From assembly GCF_006345805.1 (NCBI RefSeq), contig NC_043001.1, forward strand, positions 55,366,001 through 55,430,000: a stretch of DNA of 64,000 nt, written 5' to 3'. Origin of the DNA: Octopus sinensis (taxonomy: Eukaryota). The position numbers and the translations under genes were made by a program. The first letter of the stretch is position 1. Each line of letters starts with the position of its first letter. Below the pieces are notes generated by a model, which saw only the letters and a program-made list of their open reading frames with translations, made no database searches and was not told the DNA's origin. This document shows, one piece after another, positions 52,941 to 64,000 of the stretch.

Positions 52941-53756
52941 ATATATATATATATATATATATTACATATATATTATATTATCTCTCTCATTCATAAATAT
53001 ATATGTAAGTGTGTATGTGTATGAGTGTATATATGTATACATATGTGTATATATATTGTAAGAGTTTGCCACACACGATATTGCTTACATTTTCTTTCAG
53101 TAGTTTAGTAAGCAGATGTAATAGATACCTGATGATGTTTAACAAAAAACCAAATTACTTGGTTCAATCCATATTCCAAGCTGCCAAAATCCCTTTGGTT
53201 TAACCAATGGGACTAATTTCAGAGCAAGATTCTATATATGTTTATTATACTAAAGGATATGTAACCTTAAAAGCCAGAAACATGTTTAATGTACAGAACT
53301 GAGTATCTAGGGAGTGAATCATTGACTTATATAAATAAATAAACTCTTTTAACATGCATTGTGCATACTTCTTCTCACTTGGAACTCAGAAAGCAAACAC
53401 ATACGTGTAGGTTATGTGTGTGGTTATATATGTATATTCACAGTGACACACACATCTACCAACAATAAAGCAGAGGGAAATATGTCAGGGGCTGTTCTAC
53501 ATGAAATATATGTGACTGGCACTCCATCAGTTATGAAGACAAGGGTTCCAGTTGATCTGATCAATGGAACAGCCAGCTTGTGAAGTGAACGTTTGAGTGG
53601 CTGAGAACTTCATAAACACGTATACCTTTAACATAGTTTTGAGAGAGAGTCAGTGTGACACAGAACGTGACATGGCTGGCCCTTTGAATTACAGGTACAA
53701 TTCATTTTTATCAGCTGAGTGAACTGGGGCTATGCAAAATAAAGTGTGTTGCTCAA

Positions 53757-54123
53757 AGACCTTTTCAAACTCCACCTGTCTAACACTCGTGGACATGTTT
53801 ACAAAGTCAGAAAACAGCACAGCTCCCATGACTTTCAGAAACATTTTTTCACGCTAAGATTTGCTGAAGTATGTAACAAACTGCCGGCATCAGTTGCTAG
53901 TTGTCGGAGCACTGGATCCTTCAAAACTTCCATGCTTCCTGAGATTCACCAACACTACACCTGATTTTCTCCCCTCCATACACATGCAAGCATGTATCTG
54001 ACTCATACACTGTTCACTTCCCAGACATTTGTACATTACTGCATATGCTTTATATGCACTTTTGACAAGTTGTGGTACACCTGAGCACTGTATACAATAA
54101 TTTCATTATTATTATTATTATTA
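53757..54123 (+). mobile_element. CR1-clade LINE 3' end nested in a SINE
   Basis: NTRGHVYKVRK..HFFTLRFAEVCNKLPASV..SFK C-terminal signature, 3' UTR and (ATT)n tail; the host SINE resumes afterwards. Confidence 0.8.
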
Positions 54124-56489
54124 AGGCACAAAGCACAGCCAGAAATTGGACTCATGACCATATGACCGGGAGCTAAATACACTAACCTCTAAGCCACATG
54201 AGTGTGTGTGTGTGTGTGTGTACTTTATACACATACATACACAGACGTACACACATAGTAAATCTTTCACTTCTTTTAGTCATATGAGTGTGGCCATGCT
54301 GGGGCACTGTTTTGAAAAATTTGTTGTCAAATGAATTGACACCCGGAACTTTTTTATTTTTAAAGCCTTGTACTTATTCACTTATTTTATCGGTCTCTTT
54401 GTGAAACTGCTAAGTTATGAAGACACAAACACACCAACATCAGCTGTCAAGCAGTGGTTGGGACAAATACAGACACGAAGACATGGATACATACATATTA
54501 TGATGGGCTACTTTCAGTTTCTGTCTACAAAATCCACTCACAAGGCTTTGGTCAGCCTGAGGCTATAGAGGAAGACACATGCTCGAGGTTCCTCACATTG
54601 GGAATGAATTCAGAACCGTGTGGGTGGGAGAGCAAGCTTCTTAACACACAACAATGTTTATGTTTACAGTAGAGTTTCCACATAACATACTGAGCTGAAA
54701 GCCTTCATTTAACTGAGATTATCTTTGCAATTAGAAGACAAAAATTACACCTAAGAGTGTTTACTTAAGCTTTAGCACACTGTAGGTGTATGAAGTCATT
54801 GTAAGAGTTTTCTGCCCTGTAGATGCTGGGCAGTGGCAGGGGAAACAACTCTAGAGAAAAGCAGTGTGCTAAAGGTTAAAATCTCAAAACAGCAAGCAAC
54901 AGAAACAACTCTAAAAACATCAGCTAATGTAACTTTTACCAAAATACTGACAATACTGTTAAGAAAGAACCTGTGCCTTTCAAACTACAAGTGAAATAAC
55001 ACACTCTATTTTACTTGTATACAGCCATCTAGCTGTGGCCATGTTGGTACATTCACATAGGTTCATAAAATGCATATATAAACTTTACATTAAGTTGGAT
55101 GTATATATAATGTAATTCCAGACCAAACCAGATAGTCTTCAACTATCTTGTGACTTTTATAGTTAAGATATGATGTTGACTAATAAAGAACTTGTTTTCT
55201 TTTTCTCTTCTCCCATTCTTGTTATCAGTATCAAACCATGCTTTCTTGACACATTTATGGCAAATGTTTTACAGCTACAACCAATCTGTAACTCTTTTAG
55301 TTTTATGCATAGCCTGCCACTTCATTCATTGTGTTTACAAGCATCTGCCTCTTGTTTGCATCTCAGCTCTGATTATACATATCAGTATGCATGTATATGT
55401 GTGCACACATCATCATCATCCTTTAATGCTTGTCTTCCATCCTGGCATGGGGCGACCGGTTTGTCTGTTTTGACATGGTTTCTATGGCTGGATGCCCTTC
55501 CTAACACCGGCCTCTGTACAGAGTGTGCTAGGTGTATTTTATGTGCTCCTGACTTGGGTACATTAACATAGCACTGGCACAGGTACATTTCAAGTGGCAC
55601 CAGCACATAAAACATATGTATATAAATATATACACATACACAGTGGAGGTGCATGGCTTAGTGGTTAGGGGTATTGGACTCATGATCATAAAATTGTAGT
55701 TTCAATTCTTGGACTGGGTGATGTGTTGTGATTTTGAGCAAAACACTTCATTTCACGTTGCTCCAGGTCACTCAGCTGGCAAAAGTGAATAATCCTGCAA
55801 TGGACCAGTGTCTGATCCAGGTGAGGATTTTATATGCCATGAAACTGGGAAACTTGCCTTTATGAGTCATCATGACTTGGGAAGGTAAAAAGAAAAGTAT
55901 ACACACACAAAACATATATACGTAGATGAATATGTTATACATCCTATATTTATTTTATATTTAATTCAGTCACTAGACTGTGACCATGCAGGAACACCAT
56001 ATAGAAGATTTAGGAACATCCCTTAATTTTTACCGGAAACTAATGTTGATTTGGTGCAGGAATTGAAAAATAAATTCAAATCCTGGTATAATTGGACTGT
56101 GAATTCATATCAGTTTCATCATCGCACAACTTCTTCAGCAAACCTTTTCTGTTAGGGCTTTACACATTGTTGTCCATAATCCAATCTGCAAGGCAGCAAC
56201 TTTTTTTTCTCTTTGATTGTTGCTCAAAAGCCTTTGGACTTCCATATGCCCAATACAAGGCAGCAACCAGAAAACAGGAGCTGCTTACTAAGCATAACCA
56301 AATCATGTGGCCTACGTTGGGTCAAGAAGATTTAGTAAAGCTGTTACTCTGCTTCACGCTTTAGTTTTATTAGCATTAGTTTTAGTTTATTTGTCTGTCA
56401 AGGTCCTTCTCTTTGGTCATACTGTGACCTATTCAGTGACTCTCTGTCCCATGTGTCTTCTCTTGTCCTGCCTTTTCAAATTTATTTAA

Positions 56490-56711
56490 ATACTTTTTAC
56501 TCTTTTACTTGTTTCAGTCATTTGACTGCGGCCATGCTGGAGCATCGCCTTTTTTAATCGAGCAACTCAACCCTGGGACGTATTCTTTTGTAAACCCAGT
56601 ACTTATTCTATCGGTCTCTTTTGCCGAACCGCTAAGTAACGGGGACATAAACACACCAGCATCGGTTGTCAAGCAATGCTAGGGGGACAAACACAGACAC
56701 ACAAACACACC

Positions 56712-56758
<47 letters not shown>

Positions 56759-56915
56759 GACGGGCTTCTTTCAGTTTCCGTCTACCAAATCCACTCACAA
56801 GGCTTTGGTCGGCCCGAGGCTATAGTAGAAGACACTTGCCCAAGGTGCCACGCAGTGGGACTGAACCTGGAACCATGTGGTTGGTAAACAAGCTACTTAC
56901 CACACAGCCACTCCT
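56490..56915 (-). mobile_element. tRNA-derived SINE family A, well-preserved copy (others near 9745, 14010, 20790, 32060, 49642, 54265, 57170, 59855, 60530, 61976)
   Basis: Head GTGGCTGTGTGGTAAG...GGTTCAGTCCC (Pol III A/B-box-like), body CCAAAGCCTTGTGAGTGGATTTGGTAGACGGAAACTGAAAGAAGCC, internal (TA/TG)n, tail CAGCATGGCCGCAGTCAAATGACTGAAACAAGTAAAAG. Confidence 0.85.
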
Positions 56916-58287
56916 ACGTATATATTTATACATCATCATCATCATCATCATCCTCATCAGTTAATGTTGGTTTTCTATACTGGCATAGGCTGGATAGTTT
57001 GACCAGAGCTTGTAAGGCCAGGGGCTGCACCAGGCTCCACTGTCAGTTCTGGCATGGTTTTTAACACCAGCCACTCTACAGAGTGTACTGGGTGCTTTTT
57101 ATGTGGTACCAGCACCAGTATCAATTCTGCTGTGGTGGACAGGTCTTTTTGAGTACAGCAAGATATATATAGCTGTGTGGTAAAAAGCTTGCTTCTCAAC
57201 CACATGGCTTGTGGTTCAGTCCTTCTGCATGGCACCTTGGGTAGGTGTCTTCTACTATTGTCTTGGGCTGACCAAAGCCTTGTGAGTGGATTTGGTACAC
57301 AGAAATAAAAGAAGCCGGCTGTATATATGCATGTGTGTATGTGTGTGCATGTATATTTGTATTTGTGTTTGTCCCCCACACCACTTGACAATCGGTGCTG
57401 GTATGTTTTTATCCCGATAACCTAGTAGTTTGGCAAAAGGGCCCAATAAACAAAGTACCGGGCTTTAAAGAAATAAGTTGTGGAATTGATACATTTGATT
57501 AAAAATTCTTCAAGGCGGTGCCCCAGCATTGCCACAGTCTAATGACTGAAACAAGTGAAACATAAATATATATATATATATGCACATATTAATAGTTGTC
57601 ACCAAGCTAATATGGCAGTCCAGAAATACAGGACAAATACTGCCATTGATTAGCTCCAAGAGGCCATCGCCTATAGCTAGCTATGTGACACACGAACCTG
57701 TGTCCATTATAACCTTCGAACAGGGGTCAGCCACTTCCCCTTGCTGGTCAGGCATTGGCAGATGAGCTTCAGGGTAAGGGGCAAATACCCTGAAAAACGC
57801 ACAAAACAGAGAAAATGAAACAAATATGGAAGACTTGTTCCGAAACACCCTTGAGTGGGGAACGGTCCTCAAAAGTAACCCCCAAATTCCTATATTCACG
57901 GACTCTACATAGCCTGAGGTATATTTGTAGAAAGTTTCATTTAAAAATATCTATTTTCTTGAAAGTTATGATGAATTGAAGTGGATGTTGGTGAATTTTC
58001 CGAAATTCCCCACCCCCTCCTAAAACACTTTCTCCCAAAAGTTTTGTATATTTAGAATCTACATGATATAACATATATTCGTAGAAAATTTCATTAAAAG
58101 ATATTCATTTTTCTGAAAGTTATGATCATCCGAAGTCGGTGGGGGAGGCAGGAATATGTAGTTATGCCTATATTTATACATACATACATACACACACACA
58201 CATATGCTCGAAACAAAACTGTCTGATGATCAGGAATGTGAAACTCTGAGTAACAGTTTTTCATAATTTTGCTGCTTTTTAATAAAG

Positions 58288-58342
<55 letters not shown>

Positions 58343-58489
58343 CAAATATAGTTTTTATGCGCTAAGCCACTTGGTGTTAAATTGATGGCATTATTAAATT
58401 AATATCCAATTCTTTCACCCTTATTTTTGATATATATATATATATTTATTTATTTATAGTTATACATACATATATATATTTATACATAA

Positions 58490-58562
<73 letters not shown>

Positions 58563-58827
58563 TATATTTATACATACATAGTTACATATACACACACGCA
58601 TATATTGATATATACACATATATATATATATAGGTATGCTGATGCAAAGAGGAAACAGAGAACTCAAAATGTGAGTATATGAATATTTTTCTTAATATAT
58701 GGCAGAAATGACATGAAACTCTTGGACCTTGTGTCACTGCGCTACTTCTGTTATATATTGATAAATATTAATGTGTGTGTGCACAAAGAATACAGATACT
58801 CATGATACAAAGAAAATAACAACTTAC

Positions 58828-58966
58828 CGATCTGGTGGAAGCTGCCCTTTTTCTCTCCGCCATGTAATGACTGGTTTAGGGTCTCCTCGTGCCCGGCATT
58901 CTAATTCAACATTCTTACCTTTTTCTACAATTTTGTCTTGGGGTTGGATGGTTATGCGGGGTTTTT
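58828..58966 (-). CDS. robo: Robo exon, Ig3 N-terminal half (139 nt, phase 1 to 2)
   Basis: ttttatag|AAAAACCC...GATCG|gtaagt; encodes (E)KPRITIQPQDKIVEKGKNVELECRARGDPKPVITWRREKGQLPPD(R). Confidence 0.95.
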
Positions 58967-59030
58967 CTATAAAACAAAGGAAAACACAGATAAAAATACC
59001 ATTTGATATACATGTGTACATTTGTATGGA

Positions 59031-59086
<56 letters not shown>

Positions 59087-59714
59087 GCAGAGGGTATACA
59101 AGAGGTTTTTATCAACTGACGCTATGTAATGTTGGTATGTTCTATGAGTATCAGTGTGATTTACCTCTAAAATTCCGACTTTAACACATAAAGCATGACA
59201 GGCCACGATTGTGGCCCAGATAGATGCATTTGATTTATGGGTGTTTGTTGGGGTCTAATGTCACTCAAATGCTCCAATCCCACCCAGAATGTGAAAGGAC
59301 GAATCAGAGCATGTGTTTCAAACAATAATTTATTCACTTCATTATTTAATCTATTGAAGAATGTACCTGATTGGTCAAAGGGAAAGTCCTAATGGAGAAT
59401 CGATTTGGACAGCATGATACAATTGGATTGGACATTTAAATTTTATTTCCGGGTTTTTTAATCGACCAACTGTAGAGGTTTTATGAATGCGGTAAAATAT
59501 ATTTATTTTTCATGAAATTATACTAAGAAAATATTTAAATTATTTTTTGTTTTTTTATGTGTGCATGGTAGTCTCATTTTCATAAAATGTGCTCAGCAGG
59601 CCATGCTATGTAAGTGCGAATCCTAGCTCTTTATGGGTTAACTACAACTGAAAAATGTGGTGTTGAGACTGCCTATCGAAGGCAGCTGGAAGTGGTTCCT
59701 CCTTGAGTGGGTGG

Positions 59715-59854
59715 ATATAGATTGAATAAAAACTGAAAAAGCAAAACATGTGGTATCACTTGAAAAACTTTCAATTTAAATAGAGAAATCTGAATGAAAT
59801 GTTTTCAAGTAATGGCAAATGTCTCACTTTTTTATTTTTATTTTAATCTAATAT
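59715..59854. repeat. Imperfect inverted repeat
   Basis: TAGATTGAATAAAA...CACTTGAAAA mirrored by TTTTCAAGTA...TTTTATTTTAATCTA. Confidence 0.6.
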
Positions 59855-60204
59855 TGGCTGTGTGGTAAAATGCTTGTTTCCCAAACATATGGTTCTGGGT
59901 TCAGTCCCATTGTATGGTACCTCGGGCAAGTGTATTCTACTATAGCCTTGGGCCAACCAAAAAGACTTGTGAGTGGATTTGGTGGATAGAAACTGAAAGA
60001 AGCCTGTCATGTGTGTTGTGTGTGTATATATATATAAATAAGGGCATGATTATGTAGGTAAGAGGAAAGTATGTAATGAACTTATTAGCATACAACCGCA
60101 TGACTCTGAAAAAGGGTAATGAGGTCTACTGACAGCATCTCTTTCTTCAGACATGGAGAAAAGTTGAAGGTCTGGCAATCTCTTCTCATAAAAAAAAACT
60201 GTTA

Positions 60205-60247
<43 letters not shown>

Positions 60248-60407
60248 CATATATATATATGCATATATATATGCACATGAGTCGTCTAAGAGACCATAAG
60301 TCAGGGAGAAGATGCACTCATATAATTGTCAGTAGAGTGGGTATATTATCTGAAATGTATAGTATTAAATCTTCATCATGGCAGTCACCATCTTCCCTTC
60401 CATATCA

Positions 60408-60493
60408 GCTAACTCTGATGAGCATAAAGTTATAACATCGGATTGTTGCCTAACAGCTGTATTCTTTACATGAAACCGATTGGTAAGATCAGC
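60408..60493 (+). ncRNA. Decayed type I minimal hammerhead ribozyme motif, Penelope-like element relic
   Basis: CTGATGA (60415-21), stem II GCATAAAG/CTTTACAT, GAAA (60472-75), stem III CC-GATT-GG, GTA cleavage triplet, imperfect stem I GCTAACT/AGATCAGC. Confidence 0.55.
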
Positions 60494-62140
60494 CATGAGG
60501 GATGCTTGATACTATACGTATATATACATTCTTTTATTTGTTACAGTCATTTGACTGTGGCCATGATGGAACATCACCTTTAGTCGAACAAATTAACCCC
60601 AGGACTTATTCTTTGTAAGCCTTATTCTATCGGTCTCTTTTGCTGAACCACTAAGTTACGGGGACGTAAACCCACCAGCATCAGTTGTCAAGTGATGTTG
60701 AGGGGACAAATACAGACACAAAAACATAAACACACACACACATATATAAACGACGGGCTTCTTTCAGTTTCCGTCTACCAAATCCACTCACAAGGCTTTA
60801 GTTGGCCAGAGGCTATAGTAGAAGACACTTGCCCAAGATGCCATGCAGTGGGACTGAACCCGACACCATGTGGTTGATAAGCAAGCTATTTACCACACAA
60901 CCAATCCTGCGATAGGACAAGCTTTCATCAAGTTTCTATTAAATTCCACTTACAAGCTACTGGTCAGACTGCAGTGGAGTCATACTGCAAACTGCTGAAA
61001 CATATACCCATACCTGTGGCTTGCAGTTACTGAGAATAATAGGCAGTGACTGGTAGACACAGGAGACTGACACTGGAAGGGAACTCATGGCATAGTATAA
61101 TACCAATGAAGACAAAAGGAAGTAGTGGGTGTCATATTGTCATATCCCATCATAAGTAAGATGGGATAGGAGCAAGATGAGTGGTAATCTAATCCATTAC
61201 TAGCAGAAAACTAAATAAGGAAACAGGCACTTAAAATGCCAACAACGATGATGACAAATACAATTAATTAAAGCTGAAATAGAACATCACAAGTCTACCA
61301 ATTCTTCCCTCTTTGTTTAGCATTCTTAACGACGCTTCATCAAATTCCTGACCATCAAGAATAGAAAAAAAACCTTTCCAGAGATCTTGGATGTTTACAT
61401 ATACATGTGTTTGTGTGTGTGCGATTTTTTATTTTCATATAGACATACAATGTAGGATAACTTTTAATCTTGGATAACTTTTCATCTAAATGACTTATAT
61501 GGAAACATCATAGAAGAATTTTATAAATATATCACTTTATAAAATAATCTAAAATATAATATAAAAATACAATTTTCATTCAAAAATTTAACCTTAAAAA
61601 TCCTAATGGAACTTTAGGAATTTCTACCTGTACAAATTTCATTAGTTATGTTCCTGTACAAGTTTCATTAGCACAGATAATTATTCCATTATTAACAGTA
61701 TAGCCTAAAATTTCTTCTGTCAAGAACTTGTTGAACAACAATAAAAGAAAAAATCATGATTGATTGTTGACAGGAAAAAAGAATTTTTCAAAATGCTATT
61801 GAAATTTAGAATTTGCATTTACCACTTGTGTGTACCATTAATTTTGTGCCAAAATATCTCATTGTAAAGGAGAAAAAAAAATCAGAAAATAATAATAAAA
61901 TGATTTCAATTATTTGGTTGCAAAACTGTAGTCAATGATGAAGAATATTCATGCATGTATGGAAGTGAATATATTGGCGTGGCTGTGTGGTAAGAAGTTT
62001 GCTTTCCAACCATATGGTCCTGGATTCAGTCTCACTGCATGGCACCTTGGGCAAGAGTCTTATACTACAGTCTCAGGCTGATCAAAGCCTTGTGAGTGGA
62101 TTTGGTAGATGGAGACTGAAAGAAGCCTGTCATGTGTGTA

Positions 62141-62198
<58 letters not shown>

Positions 62199-62576
62199 GA
62201 GGCGCAATGGCCCAGTGGTTAGGGTAGTAGACTCGTGGTTGTAGGATCGCAGTTTCGATTACCAGACCGGGTGTTGTGAGTGTTTATTGAGCGAAAACAC
62301 CTAAAGCTCCATGAGGCTCAGGTAGGGGGTGGTGGCAAACCCTGCTGTACTCTTTCACCACAACTTTCTCTCACTCTATCTTCCTGTTTCTGTTATACCT
62401 GTATTTCAAAGGGCCAGCCTTGTCACACTCTGTGTCATGCTGAATCTCCCCAAGAACTACGTTAAGGGTACATGTGTCTGTAGAATGCTCAGCCACTTGC
62501 ATGTTAATTTCATGAAGAGGCTGTTCTGTTGATCGGATCAACTGGAACCCTCATTGCCGTAACTGACAGAGTGCCA
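62199..62576 (+). mobile_element. tRNA-headed SINE family D inserted in the microsatellite of a family A SINE (others near 8795, 32420, 53510, 55648)
   Basis: TGGCCCAGTGGTTAGG (A box)...GTTTCGATTACC (B box); body GGGCCAGCCTTGTCACAC...GCTCAGCCACTTG shared with 8795-9112. Confidence 0.8.
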
Positions 62577-63472
62577 CTCTCTCTCTCTCTCTATATATAT
62601 ATATTGTGTGTGTGGCTTTGTGTTAATATTTCTCTCCCACTACAGCTTGACAACCAATGTTAGTGTGTTTATGTCCTCATAGCCTAGTGGTTCAGCAAAA
62701 GAGACCTATAGAATAAGTACCAGAGTCAATTCATTTGAGTAAAATACTTCAAAGCAGTGCCACAGCATGGTCACAGTCTACTGAGTGAAACAAGTGAAAA
62801 AAGGGTGTATCTATATACATGTGTATCATCATCATCATCATCATCGTTTAACGTCCGCTTTCCATGCTAGCATGGGTTGGACGATTTTGACTGAGGGCTG
62901 GCGAACCAGATGGCTGCACCACACTCCAATCTTGATCTGGCAAAGTTTCTACAGCTGGATGCCCTTCCTAACGCCAACCACTCCGAGAGTGTAGTGGGTG
63001 CTTTTTACGTGCCACCGGCATGGGCGCCAGTCAGGCAGTACTGGCAACGACCTCGCTCGAATCTTTTTACACGTTCCACTGGTGCCAGTGAAGCGACGTT
63101 GGTCTGTATATATATATATATATGTCATTATCATCATTTAATGTCCATTGTCCATGCTGGCATGGGTTGGATGGTTTGACCAGGGTTGGCAAGCAAGAAG
63201 GCTGCATCAGACTCCAGTCTTATTTGGTATGGTTTCTACAGCTGGATGCCTTTCCTAATGCCAACCACTCCAAGAGCATAGTTGGTGCTTTTACGTGCCA
63301 CCAGCACAGGTGCCATTTGTGTGACACTGGTATTTTCCACAACTGCAATTTTGCTCAGCTTGGTGGGTCTTCTGAAGCATGACATAACGCCAAAGGTCCT
63401 GGTCATTGTTTCCCAGAGGCCCAATGCATGAAAGAAACTCAGCCACCTTGCCTCTGTGAGGCCCAACACTTG

Positions 63473-63513
<41 letters not shown>

Positions 63514-63941
63514 TACATATACACCTTACTTCAGTATACGTTCTTCATGCAGAAGGCATTTTCAGGAAATTTTCCCAAGTCATAATTTTCAATTGCTTAA
63601 TCAGTGAAAATATTTTCATTTAGATGCTATATATTCTCACAGGCTCGTTAAGTACAGCTGAGATTCTGTTTCTCTGAGGTGGTCTAATAAGAGCGAAACA
63701 TAGCAGGAGATTTCAGTGTACCAACCAAAGGTCAAACTCACTCTCTAGTTCATGCTCCCATTCAATTTCTAATTAATTTGAATTCAAGAGTTCCCTCATT
63801 CATCTTTGACAAAAATTATCACTTTCTCTAATGAGTTTTACTTCACAATATGAGTATAATTTTAATTGATTAGACAATTTATGGCAGGTCACATTACACT
63901 GAGTCTACCAAAAGCTGCATGTATATGCTTGGATGTGTGTA

Positions 63942-63999
<58 letters not shown>

Positions 64000-64000
64000 T

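Noticed and set aside
62199-62272. tRNA gene (similar heads at 8795, 25660 and 55648)
   Set aside because: A/B boxes are present but there is no clean cloverleaf, and each continues into a shared SINE body.
58967-64000. Upstream Ig2 exon of robo
   Set aside because: No Ig-like reading frame with splice sites found; it probably lies beyond the window.

Overview
Eukaryotic, very AT-rich, microsatellite- and retroposon-dense DNA. The SINE/LINE complement points to a coleoid cephalopod, probably Octopus (inference, no search run). The whole window lies inside one minus-strand gene, a Roundabout (Robo) axon-guidance receptor. Eight coding exons splice in frame (58966-58828, 47590-47463, 34309-34185, 22557-22398, 18504-18286, 14581-14492, 4449-4259, 249-99) and encode Ig3, Ig4, Ig5 and the first FN3 domain; the gene continues beyond both window ends. 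One intron uses a GC donor. Two unannotated splicing candidates stand out: an in-frame alternative terminal exon after Ig5 (11807-11452) that would give a membrane-anchorless Ig1-5 Robo, and a 30-nt frame-preserving microexon between Ig3 and Ig4 (37290-37261). The introns hold tRNA-derived SINEs, RTE, CR1 and R4/Dong-like LINE relics, decayed Tc1/mariner transposons, piggyBac-like and other MITEs, foldback hairpins and decayed hammerhead-ribozyme motifs. Exon boundaries were read base by base; repeat boundaries are approximate.
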